DNA from: Haliotis cracherodii
Taxonomy: Eukaryota
DNA: 64,000 nt
Direction of reading: 5' to 3'
NCBI RefSeq assembly: GCF_022045235.1
Contig: NW_027266264.1
Span: 61,132,001 to 61,196,000 of the forward strand
Shown: positions 13,601-25,527 of the stretch, piece after piece
Layout of the letters: every line of letters begins with the position of its first letter
How positions within the stretch are numbered: position 1 is the first letter of the stretch
Notes under the pieces: model-generated
Databases searched by the model: none
Seen by the model: the letters and a program-made list of their open reading frames with translations, nothing else
What the model was told of the DNA's origin: nothing
Made by a program: the position numbers and the translations under genes

Positions 13601-15335
13601 GTAGTATATTCCCCTTCATTAACGATATAGAGCGATGACAGGAACATTAGTAAGTGGTATATTCCCCTTATTTATCTCTATAGAATGATGACAGGAATAC
13701 CAGTAAGTTGTATATTTCCCTTACTTAACGGTATAGACTGATGACAGGAATACCAGTAGGTGGTATATCACCCTTGTATAACGTTGAAGAGTTAGTGATG
13801 ACAGGAATACCAGTAAGTTCTATATTCCCCATGTTTAAAGGTGAAGAGTGATGACAGGAACATTAGTAAGTGGTATATTCCCCTTGTTAAACAGTATAGA
13901 GTGATAACAGGAATACTAGTAAGTGGTATATTCTTCATGTTTAAAGGTGAAGAGTGATGACAGGAACATTAGTAAGTGGTATATTCCCCTTTTTTGAAAG
14001 TATAGAGTGATAACAGGAATACCAGTAAGTGGTATATTCCCCTTGTTGAAAGGTGAAGAGTGATGACGGGAACATTAGTAAGTGGTATATTCCCCTTGTT
14101 TAACAGTATAGAGTGATAACAGGAATACCAGTAAGTGGTATATTCCTCATGTTTAAAGGTGAAGAGTGCTGACAGGAACATTAGTAAGTGGTATATTCCC
14201 CTTTTTTGATTGTATAGAGTGATAACAGGAATACCAGTAAGTGGTATATTCCCCTTGTTGAAAGGTGAAGAGTGATGACAGGAACATTAGTAAGTGGTAT
14301 ATTCCCCTTTTTTGATTGTATAGAGTGATAACAGGAATACCAGTAAGTGGTATATTCCCCTTGTTGAAAGGTGAAGAGTGATGACAGGAACATTAGTAAG
14401 TGGTATATCCCCCTTGTTTACCTGTGTAGAGTGATGGCAGGAACATTACTACGTGGTATATCCTCCTTGTTTAACTGTGCTGAGTGATGACAGGAAAATT
14501 AGTAAGTGGTGTATCCTCATGTTTGACGGTGTAGAGTAATGACGGGAATACTAGTAAGTTTTATTCTCTCTTTGTTTGACGGTATAGAGTGATGACAGGA
14601 ATACTGATAAGTTTTATTATCTCTTTGTTTGACGACGTAGAGTGATGACAGGAATACTAGTAAGTTTTATTATCTCTTTGTTTGACGGTATAGAGTGATG
14701 ACAGGAATACTAATAAGTTTTATTATCTCTTTGTTTGACGTCGTAGAGTGATGACAGGAATACTAGTAAGTTTTATTCTCTTTTCGTTTAACGGTGTAGA
14801 GTGATGACAGGAATACTAGTAAGTTTTATTCTCTCTTTGTTTAACGGTGTAGAGTGATGACCGGAATACTAGTAAGTTTTATTATCTCTTTGTTTAACGG
14901 TGTAGAGTGATGACCGGAATACTAGTAAGTTTTATTCTCTCTTTGTTTAACTGTGTAGAGTGATGACCGGAATACTAGTAAGTTTTATTCTCTCTTCGTT
15001 TAACGGTGTAGAGTGATGACAGGAATACTAGTAAGTTTTATTCTCTCTTCGTTTAACGGTGTAGAGTGATGACAGGAATACTAGTAAGTTTTATTATCTC
15101 TTTGTTTAACGGTGTAGAGTGATGACAGGAATACTAGTAAGTTTTATTCTCTCTTCGTTTAACGGTGTAGAGTGATGACAGGAATACTAGTAAGTTTTAT
15201 TATCTCTTTGTTTAACGGTGTAGAGTGATGACAGGAATACTAGTTAGTTTTATTATCTCTTTGTTTAACTGTGTAGAGTGATGACCGGAATACTAGTAAG
15301 TTTTATTATCTCTTTGTTTAACAGTTAAGAGTGAG
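10654..15335. repeat. 53-bp minisatellite array (roughly 80 units), interrupted by SINE B
   Basis: Unit GTTTAACTGTGTAGAGTGATGACAGGAACATTAGTAAGTGGTATATCCTCCTT; three variant zones. Confidence 0.97.
13047..13401 (+). mobile_element. SINE family B (tRNA head, Meta/MESC-like core, (TCACC)n tail), full length
   Basis: B box GGTTCGATCCC; core ...CATAC(A/C)AAAAGACG..GTACTTGTTGTTACCCTGTCTGGCGCTCGGCATTAAGGG; TSD CCTTGTTTAACT at 13035-13046 and 13402-13413. Core assignment is from recall, not a search. Confidence 0.9.
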
Positions 15336-16009
15336 GGGATGAGCCATAGGCTGACAACAAATGGGAAGAACGCATATCGCACAATTTCCTTGGAAGTGAC
15401 CGTGATGGATGAACACCCTTATCCTTAATACCACTATACGATCAGTCTCGCGATTAAATGCGGAACAGGACTCCACTGTTATGTTTGATGGTAATATACT
15501 TTATCTCCACTTCCAAGTATATCACTACCCTACTCTCCTGCTCTCAGCTCACACGGCAATAGCGAGCTGGAATGTCAGACTAATCTGAAACATCTCGACG
15601 AGACAGGTGGCGGGGACTCAGATTAAAGCTGTTTTCATCCTACAGTGATTTCTTTCAACTTCACATGTTAAACTGAATTAAATGTCGAGGGCCTATGTTC
15701 TTTATGTAGGCTCGGTTTCAGGTTTTTGTCTTCAGCCCCGTCGCTTCAATCTCCACGAAAAGATAGTTAATTAGTATCACGACTTTCCAGAGATATTATC
15801 GGTGTTATTGGACATTACCTGTGTTGAAAAATTACCTAAACTTAGGATTTAGCTATTATTACTATAAACAAAACAAATGAGTTGTTCCAAAATAGTGGTG
15901 TTCTACTGGCAAAGTTACATCACAGTGATGCTTCGTATTCTCTTCATACCACCAACGTGGGTTCTCCCTCCAAAACGACAATCACCATACACACGGTGTC
16001 CTTGTTGTA

Positions 16010-17640
16010 CAGCCATACTGGAAGTTTCAGCCGCTATGAACTCATTCAGAAGATACTACCTTCATATTTAGTCATACTGGACAATACTGCCTCCATGTAG
16101 TCATACTGGAGAATACTGCCTCAATGCAGTCATACTGGAGATTACTGCCTCCATACAGTCATGCTGGAGAATACTGCCTCCGTACAGTCATACTGGAGAA
16201 TACTGCCTCCATGCAGTCATACTGGAGAATACAGCCTCCATGTAGTCATACTGGAGGTTACAGCCGCTATGCACCAATTCAGAAGATACTACCTCCCTAT
16301 ACACTTATACTGGACAATACTGTTTCCATACAGTCATACTAGACAATACTGATTCCATGCTGTCATACTGCTGAATACTGCCTCCATGCAGTCATACTGG
16401 AGAATACAGCCTCCATCCAGTCATACTGGAGGTTACAGCCGCTATGCACCAATTCAGAAGATACTACCTCCCTATACACTCATACTGGACTATACTGTTT
16501 CCATACAATCATACTAGACAATACTGATTCCATGCTGTCATACTGCTGAATACTGCCTCCATGCAGTCATACTGGAGAATACAGCATCCATGCAGTCATA
16601 CCGGAGGTTATAGCCGCTATGCACCAATTCAGAAGATACTACCTCTATATACACTCACACTGGACAATACTGATTCCATACAGTCATATTAGACAATTCC
16701 GCCTCCATCCATTCATACTGGAGAATACTGCCTCCATGCAGTCATACTGGAGGTTATAGCCGCTATGCGCCAATTCAGAAGATACTACCTTCACATACAT
16801 TCATACTGGACAATACTGATTCCATACAGTCATACTGGACTATACTGCCTCCATACAGTCATACTGGACAATACTGATTCCATACAGTCATACTGGACAA
16901 TACTGATTCCATACAGTCATACTGGACAATACTGATTCCATACAGTCATACTGGACAATACTGCCTCCATGTAGTCATACTGGAGAATACTGCCTCCATA
17001 CAGTCATAGTGGAGAAAGGGGCGGTCGGGTAGCCTAGTGGTTAAAGCGTTCGCTCGTCACGCCGAAGACCCGGGTTCGATTCCCGACATGGGCACAATGT
17101 GTGAAGCCCATTTCTGGTGTCCCCCGCCGTGATATTGCTGGAATATTGTTAAAAGCGGCGTAAAACCGTACTCACTCACTCATAGTGGAGAATACTGCCT
17201 CCATTCAGTTCTACTGGAGAATACTGCCCCCATGCAGTTATACTGGAGAATACAGCCTCAATGCAGTCATACTGGAGGTTACAGCCGCTATGCACCCATT
17301 CAGAAGATACCACCTCCATATACACTCACACTGGACAATACTGATTCCATACATTCATACTGTACAATACTGATTCCATACAGTCATACTGGACAATAAT
17401 GCCCCCATGTTGTCATACTGATGAATACTGCCTCCATGCAGTCATACTGGAGAATACAGCCTCCATGCAGTCATACCGGAAGTTATAGCCGCTATGCACC
17501 AATTCAGAAGATACTACCTCTATATACACTCATACTGGACAATACTGATTCCATACAGTCATACTGGAAAATACTGCCTACATGCAATCATACTGTATCA
17601 TACTGCCTTCATGCAGTCATACTGGAGAATACTGCCTCTA
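16010..17640. repeat. 29-bp minisatellite with a 175-bp higher-order unit
   Basis: Unit CATGCAGTCATACTGGAGAATACTGCCTC; variant GCTATGCACC recurs at 16266, 16441 and 16616 (175-bp spacing). Confidence 0.95.
17018..17179 (+). mobile_element. SINE family A inserted in the 29-bp array
   Basis: TSD TCATAGTGGAGAA at 17004-17016 and 17180-17192. Confidence 0.93.
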
Positions 17641-18020
17641 CGCACGAGGAGTACGTAAAGAGCACTCACACTGCCTCCAGTCCATCATACGTTGTTTAAT
17701 ATGTCGTCTCCACCTGCGCCCAGTGCGTCCATCAGCGACTACACCAGCCACACATCCACATTACTCACGCTGACATGAACCGTACCACCACAATATTCAA
17801 ATGAGTCCCTCTTTCTACAAGTGGGCATTGAACGGCGAGAATTGATTCTAACCCCTCTACGTTGACGTCTTCACACTACTCCAGTGTATACATGTTGTTT
17901 TCCTGCACGAGAGAAATACCTCAGTAGATGTCAGTAACAGATAGCAGCAGCTCATGGTGGTTTAAAGGGAGTCCGGGGACCGCGGTTAAAGGTGAATTCA
18001 TGACATGACTGCATTGGTAT

Positions 18021-18438
18021 AGTCTGGAAGGTAATTTAAGGTACCGACGTTTACAACAATATCTGAAAAACTATCGGACCTACTCCAGTCAAAGTTGGTA
18101 TGAGATTATTAAACAGTCATACATAACTGGATATTACATTTAAAGACAATCGGTGCATCGTCTTTTTAGCTATCACACTATTTCATCAACAACCAGACCT
18201 GTTCGTCACGGGTGGAACGATCATTCATTGAAACAGCCATCTGCATAATGCTCACCCTGCGTGACAAGGCCATATGACACAGTTAAACCAATCGACTCAA
18301 CTCGAAAGGGTGCACGGGAATCACGCACGTTGAGACGCCCAACGCCAACACCGTATTCGTGCGTGCGTGATTCCCGTGCACCCGATAGTTTTTCTGATAT
18401 TGTAGTAAACGTCGGTACCTCAAATTACCTTCCAGACT
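18021..18438. mobile_element. MITE with ~57-bp TIRs and an internal GC-rich hairpin
   Basis: AGTCTGGAAGGTAATTTAAGGTACCGACGTTTAC.. vs ..GTAAACGTCGGTACCTCAAATTACCTTCCAGACT; inner GGGTGCACGGGAATCACGCACG / CGTGCGTGATTCCCGTGCACCC. Confidence 0.8.
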
Positions 18439-18486
18439 TTTATAGTAGGAACGACAGCAGATGTGTAAGTAGCCGCAGCAGCAGCG

Positions 18487-18517
<31 letters not shown>

Positions 18518-19877
18518 AAAAAGTCTCATGTGTAAACACCAAATTCCTACCAGCTTCCAACAATATTCTTGGTTCAAGCACGGAGACAACAACAAGCAAT
18601 CAACAGTGACACTACAGTGAACATTTGCGAGTGCACTTATAATAGCTCTAGACCCGTCTACTTACTGCCGCTGCCACTTGTTTGACCAGTTGCATTACTT
18701 TGTTTGTTTGTCAACCTAAATCGGTGTTTCAATATAATGTATCGATTATTCATTGATCCCGTGTGTTTATTTACTGATTTACGTTTAATTCAAATTAGGA
18801 GAAATGTCACATTTGTTAGGCTTAAAGAGTACTTACAGAATATCAGATTATATACAGGTAGGACTCAAACCTTGGTTTCCGTCCTGTGGTAAGTGTGGTT
18901 ACCTGGCGTTTGTCATGTCAGATATTTCAAGACAGGCACTACTGGTATTAATTATTGTCTGGGGATTAAGGGTTTCATAAAGGTAAAACTGCATAACCTT
19001 TGAAACTTCTCAAATTCAATTTACAAAATAATGGCCGTACCAATTTGAAGTAATCCTGAACTTGTTAGTGCTATATTTGAAAAGGTTTGAAATAAGAAAT
19101 TTCTCACTCACTCACTCACTAACTCATTCACTACTGAACCATATGATATGTATCATGCCTAGCGTTATCATTATAATAATGTTGTGAATAGTTTGAGATG
19201 ACATTGAAACAATATTATCTGAATCAATAACGCCATTTCGTCCATGTAAAACCGCATAGAGATGAACGAATATTCAAAACAAATAAGACTGACAATAACA
19301 CAGACAAGAAGTAAAGATCAGTGGTGCATGTCGTGACATACTTACGTCAAAACATCCATAAGGTGTTTATTAGGGGTGCCTTAAACAATATAGAGATCCA
19401 TGGTTCAATGTTATCATCAAACTACCGCAGCAAATAATTTTGTGGAATGTAAACTTAAATTCATTCTCTATTAAAAGTCTATGGTATTTTTATGTCTAAT
19501 CCTTATGGAAGTCTTTGACGAAACATTTCGAGCTATACCCATGACACGTATTTACAAAATGTGAGGATTATTTTTACTAAAGTTTAAAAATTAAATTAAA
19601 AAACAAACGATTCCCCAAAACGTGAGACGGCATAAGCAAATTCTCAGATTGTTCTAGTATAGTTACAACATATAAGCCTAGTTTGAGTGTGTATTTCTTC
19701 AGTTATGTTCATTAGGGTGGGTCGTAGCGAGGATATTCCATCATGGGCCTTTGTTATCTGATATTCTCATAATATACTCAAGAATACTCAATACTCAATA
19801 AGAGCATTCTTAGTTGGACTAAAGATTCCTCAGTGAGGAGTAATGTTTGCTCACTCTAAGAGTAACCTTAAGTATAA

Positions 19878-19909
19878 CCACGGACCTATATGGTTATACA
19901 AGTCCGTGG
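19878..19909. mobile_element. 32-bp hairpin micro-insertion with 5-bp TSD (TATAA)
   Basis: TATAA-CCACGGACCTATATGGTTATACAAGTCCGTGG-TATAA. Confidence 0.75.
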
Positions 19910-20931
19910 TATAACAAACAAAGATTAACTCTCAGAGAATGCTCAATACCTTCTACACTTAGGAGTTACTTTTAATTCTGAGACTGTTTATAACAACGGC
20001 ACCGGGTGTTCATGATAGGTGGGAGCAAGTCCTGATCTGTCTGCAGTACCATAAACACATCTTCAGCGCGAGGGATGAGTCACGATATTACATCGACACA
20101 ACTGGAACTTTGGTCTACATTATAGTGACGTGATAGCCACATGGCTTCCTGAAAACAGCCTTACTTAATTAATATCTTGACAGAAACAGACGAAGATGGG
20201 CCACGATAAACATCTACACATCGGCAAAGTATGTGACATGTAATTAATCTGTAACATGTACGACATATACTACTGAACCTGTAAATAAATAATATTTCCC
20301 TAAACTTAACCCCCGCAAATTGAGAGTTGTGATACCCCGCCACGCGAGCGGAGGCTAACGAGGAACACATTTAGTCATCATCGTCTTGTTTGTGCCAGAG
20401 TGTATATGAAACTAGTTCCACTCCGTTCGCTAACTCAGAGATTATTTTGGCAGATTTGGAATATTTACACAAGTGGGAGATGATGTAAGCTTATTAACAT
20501 GCCACAAGCCCTTCAACAACAACGCTCCATTGATGACGTCACACTTTCTGTGTAATATCCTCAAACCAAATCCACAAATGTAAAAGCAATAAAGGTGCAC
20601 CGTGCGTTACATAAAGACAGAACATGTACACAACCAACACATCGTGTAGACGTGTTCTGTCAGGGAAAACCAGCCCTGTAGTCAGTTGTTTCAGTTTGTA
20701 AGTATTTCGCCATGTTTCCCACCAACATGGAGTCACCTTTGCCGCCATGGTCTAACGATGAAATACACGCTGTAAATCCATTATTGAAATATATATTCAA
20801 TTATATATGCTATGCTCAGTATTGTATCCCAGTCCTGCTCGGTCGATAGCCGGTGTCTGTTGCTCTAATCACGCTTGTTAGCGAGTGTCTGCAAAGATAT
20901 CAAGGCACCTTTTATCATGCCCTGTTTTCAC

Positions 20932-21140
20932 GACCGCCTCCGTGGTCTAGTGGATAGAGCGTCTGCCCGGAGAGAGTCATACCAAAAGACTTTAAAAGAT
21001 GGTATTTGTTGTTACCCTGCCTGGGGCTCAGCATTAAGGGAATAAAACAAGGACTGGTCTGCTCGGAGTCCATGTACTGTGTCTGAGTGGTGTGTCCGTG
21101 TTAGAATGCGGCATGGAATCTGTGGGCTAACACTATAAAA
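20932..21140 (+). mobile_element. SINE family B, internally deleted and lacking its 3' end
   Basis: GACCGCCTCCGTGGTCTAGTGG head; GTCATACCAAAAGAC core; B box region missing. Confidence 0.8.
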
Positions 21141-21174
21141 CTATTACTTATTCCGGGCATTCACACACGGACGC

Positions 21175-21335
21175 GACGAACGGGATCGGGTGATAAGGCG
21201 CGCTGACTTGGTTGATGCATGTCATCGATCACATTTGGGTGGATCGATGCCCATGATGTCAATCACTGGATTGTCTGGTACAGACCGCCGTCATACAGCA
21301 GAGTGCGGCGTTAAATCACAAACAAACAAAAACAA
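21175..21335 (+). mobile_element. Family D repeat, partial
   Basis: AACGGGATCGGGTG..GCTGACTTGGTTGATGCATGTCATCG..CAGACCGCCGTCATA..GCGGCGTTAAA plus (CAAA)n. Confidence 0.8.
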
Positions 21336-23384
21336 AACATTTTGTTTCATAGAAAGCAGGGAGTTGCATGACCATAATCAGTTGAGCATTTGTGACTTCC
21401 ACATGCATGTAGCTTTAGAAACTTTTGAAGGAAAATACTTTGAGAAGGCGTACTTCGAGTCTTAAGCAGTCAATGTTAACACATCACGATTGATAATAAA
21501 ACTGATTTGCGTATGGATTTTATTCTTTTAGTCCCTATGAAATGTGTCGAAGAACAGATATTTGTCGTCGAGGGAATACCGATGCGGCGTTAAAATGTAA
21601 CTCACTCACTCACTCATCGAGAATACATGAGCTTTGCAAACATCAGCGACTTTATCTCGCTTTATATAACAGCTGTAGTTGAATATCGGCTTGCTCAACA
21701 CAAGGCGCCATGACTTACAGCACAGATAGATCGTTCCGTGGGATGGAACGTATTGTGTAACACGTGGATGTCTGTGTTATCACTACTTTACTCAACGCCC
21801 TCACTTCACCAGAGAGAAATCGCTTGTAAATGTGCGATTTATCGTGTCCATGTCATCACCGGGTGTCGGAGCGGGACACTCTAGCTATTCCGATACACAT
21901 ACAGTCAGCGCTATGGGGAACCACAAAAACCCAGGAGGATACAAAAAATATAGATTTAGTCGAGTATGTGATATTTTCCCATAAATGTGACTATGTCTGC
22001 TTCACGAAGCGAATATTTAAGGATGTGCTGAAATAGAAAATAGATGTAACATCAGGCGGACTTTAGATCAGTGATAGTGATGTATAAAAAGTAGTGATGT
22101 ATTGTCGGCCTTGTGCAACTCCAGTAGGTTTGAGGATTGGCGATGGCAATTGTGAGAAATGAATATAACACTGTAGTCATCATGTATATCACGACTGAAA
22201 GCATGACCAACTACATCGGGATACGATGCCATGCGGTCAGCCAAGTCATCTGACCATCCAATCCCCCTCTGTTGGCTGTCCCGACTGGCATGGGATCCTG
22301 GGAAACCTTTCGTCACCCAACCATCACTGGGGCAAACACTAGGAGTAACAGTTGAATCGGGTTTCGGTTTTCGGTTCAGATTAAGCTTCACATTTGACTT
22401 CTGACCTGTTCCTTCGTGAATTTGTAGACATATGAATTTTAAGCTCTCCCTTAAATCATACGATGTAAACTGAGGAGCAATAGACACTAAGTGCTTAGTC
22501 CGCACTCAAAGAAATATCCATGTTTAAAATATCATTTGATTTAAAACTTTTGAAAATTTACGAAAAAACACAATACACATCATGACTATCTTGGATATTA
22601 TTTTTGAAATTCAACAAAAACAAAATTCAAGACAAATTTACATTTCAAACATGGTAGGGGTCATGTAGTTGCAAATTTATTTCGTACTCCAGTCTTCATT
22701 GAACTAATATATTTGTACAGAAAAACTTATCCAGCCACACATAACTTTTTACAAACTGTTGCAGGAATGAGTGATGGTTAAGGGTGAAATTTGGGGGGCA
22801 TAGCGAAAGAGAGGTTTACAGGTGGGATGGGGGTGGGCACGAAAAAATGTCGGGGAAAAAACAGGGAGGTCGGCGAATTAAAGATCTCACCGCTCGCCCG
22901 CTTCCCTACAGTAAAATGCACAGTCTCTAAATAGACATAATCAAAGTTAACAACAGTTCTTTCAATTTTCAATTACATAAAAAGCAACTAGGTATTCTTT
23001 CGTTTGCCTCAAAGTTTTTTTTGAAGACTTGGCCTTATTCGTTTCACACAACGATGATAATCCCAACAAGAAATAATGACAAAACAACATCAAATAGAAG
23101 GAAGCAGATTTATGCACAACTTCTAATGAAGCTTTTGACATTATTCACTCGTGCTTAAAACCACAGCATTTCCGCACCAAATGTATTGTAGATGTGTTTT
23201 CTTTCACAAAATCTCATTGTCTTGCAAGCACGGACTGTTTTCCTAAATCGAGGGGTGAATCTGTGGTCACAGGTTCACTGGAAGGCTTAGTGCTGGGTGA
23301 CTGAAAACGGTCCGTGAAGCAATATACGTGTAGTAGTGTGTTATGTCTGTTAAACAGATCACCAAGTCAGTTAGTTCAAGAGCA

Positions 23385-23530
23385 GTGTTGGTAGTTCAAG
23401 CGTCCGCCTGTCACACTGAAGGCCCGGGTTCAAATGACAACATGGATACAGATGTGCGAAGCCCAATTCTGGTGTCCTCCGCCGTAATATTGCTTGAACA
23501 CTGCGTAAATCCCAACTCACTCACTTACTC
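23385..23530 (+). mobile_element. Degenerate SINE family A
   Basis: GCCTGTCACACTGAAGGCCCGGGTTC..GAAGCCCAATTCTGGTGTCCTCCGCCGTAATATTGC..ACTCACTCAC. Confidence 0.7.
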
Positions 23531-23532
23531 AA

Positions 23533-23790
23533 ACGACCCGTAAAGATCCCGGTAGAATAGGTCTTCAGCTACCATGCTTGCCGTAAAAGACTATGCTTGT
23601 AAGAGGAGGCTAACGGGATCGGGTGATCAGGCTCGCTGACTTGGTTGATGCATGTCATTGTATCCCAATTGCGTGGATCGATGCTCATGATGTCAGTCAC
23701 TGGATTGTCTGGTCCAGACTCGATTATTTACAGACCGCCGTCATATAGCTGGAATATTGGTAAGTGCGGCGTTAAACAACACACTCACAC
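23533..23790 (+). mobile_element. Family D SINE-like repeat, near full length
   Basis: ACGACCCGTAAAGATCC..GTAGAATAGGTCTTC..GGGATCGGGTG..CCGCCGTCATATAGCTGGAATATTG..GCGGCGTTAAAC. Confidence 0.88.
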
Positions 23791-24569
23791 TTACTTAAAC
23801 AGAAGGGTTGTTTAGCCCTGCCAAAAATAGAGATCATTCATCACTCGCTAAACTTGTATCAGTGTCTGACCAGAACGTATTCCTAACGAGACGCTAATCT
23901 AACATTACCAGACACATTATGCCAGAAACTGTTTATTATCAGAAATGGGGGTTGTCTATGTGGACGTCATCATTGCATTTCAAAGAAGCATTTGCCAGGT
24001 AATATTTTCATAACATTTTCCACCGTGGCAAGCTCTTACCGGCTAACACATTTTAACGACTGGCGTATTTTGATAGTGTAATATGTGATAGTTTGATATG
24101 ACAATCACATTTGCCTGTTCATGTATAGGTTATACAATAAATAAACACATAAACACCAACTACCATCTAACACACTCAAGAAGACGTTGCCAGTTGCGAT
24201 TCCTGTAACACGAGTTTAATGACGTTCCCTGCTGTCGAAAACCACTACGACAAACTGATACAATCGACTTGTGTAGTTATTTCAAAATAGGAGATTAGGT
24301 TAATATTACTTTCACATTTTGCTTTAAACGTGCTTCAAGGGTTATCACAAATGAACTTAACTGGGGAATTCACTGACGCTTAAGTTACGTCATAGGATTC
24401 TTACACTGACGTGAAGGGCTCGGTAGGCGTGTACAGTCGCCTCGGGATAAATAGTATCAGATCTAGAGAAGCCATCGAGCGATACCCGGAGTCTGGAAGA
24501 CCCAAGTAACACGTGACCAGATCCGGCACAATGGAATTCTCTTTCTCCACAGGACGCTGGTCTTTAAGC

Positions 24570-24692
24570 GAAATGACTTCAATATAATTTTGCGTTTATG
24601 GAGGTATCAACGTAAAAAACGGAGTGCACACTCTGTTAAATCCGCTTCGGGTTTATACCTACAAAAACGCAAAATTATATTGAAGTCATTTC
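24570..24692. repeat. Inverted repeat element (~28-bp perfect arms, longer imperfect)
   Basis: GAAATGACTTCAATATAATTTTGCGTTT ... AAACGCAAAATTATATTGAAGTCATTTC. Confidence 0.8.
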
Positions 24693-25228
24693 TTATAAAT
24701 AAACAAGACAACAATACTAACTCCACTGACTGATTTAAGCATCAGCACACCCAAAAATGTACTATCAGTAGAAAACCTCTGTGCGCTCAAAGAGCACAGT
24801 TATGTAACCCTCGTGGTGGGTTTAAGCAGGCTTTGGAATATATTTGCTTGATGACTACCTTTAAAACTATCGCCGTGGAAGTGGGACGTGTGAACCGTCT
24901 GTGATACTATTAGATTACGTAGGAGGCGTTAGTCTGTATATTGGTACACATAAGTCCCTATTATTAAATCAGATAACTGCTACATGGAATGTTTGTGATC
25001 ATCGACGTAGTCAGTATGACGTCATACTATGTATAGGGTTATGAATTTAGAGAAAATATTGCGATCTACGAGGAATTACGAGGGACATATAACCCATACT
25101 TCCTTGCTTCTTATTATAACCCAATACATCCGATGGGGTCAAATCGTGCAATTGTTCGCCTGCTTAATAAAGACGTTCCCTCAGCAATTAGTATCCAAGC
25201 GTATGTAAAAGGCCATCCCTTTTGCGCA

Positions 25229-25527
25229 ACGACCCGTGAAGATCCGGGGTAGAACAGGTCTCCACCAATCCTTGCTTGCCTTGAAAGGTGACTATGCTTG
25301 TCGATAGAGGCGATTAACGAGATCGGGTGGCCATGCTCGCTGACTTGGTTGATATATGTAATCGTATCCCGATTGAGTGGATCGATGTTCATGATATCAA
25401 TCACAGGATTGTCTGATCCAGACACGATTATCTACAGACCGCCGTCATTTGGCTGGAATATTGCTGAGTGCGGCGTTAAACCACGGACCTATATAACAAG
25501 TCCGTGGTTAAACAAAAAACAAACAAA
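25229..25527 (+). mobile_element. Family D repeat with a micro-insertion in its tail
   Basis: ACGACCCGTGAAGATCCGGGGTAGAA start; same body as 23533; CAAA-rich tail. Confidence 0.88.
25481..25507. mobile_element. 27-bp hairpin micro-insertion with 5-bp TSD (TTAAA)
   Basis: TTAAA-CCACGGACCTATATAACAAGTCCGTGG-TTAAA; sister D copies read GGCGTTAAACAAC with no insert. Confidence 0.82.

Noticed and set aside
10654-15335. CRISPR-like regular repeats (also the 29, 34, 38 and 41-bp arrays)
   Set aside because: Units are contiguous with no unique spacers, there are no cas genes, and the context is eukaryotic.
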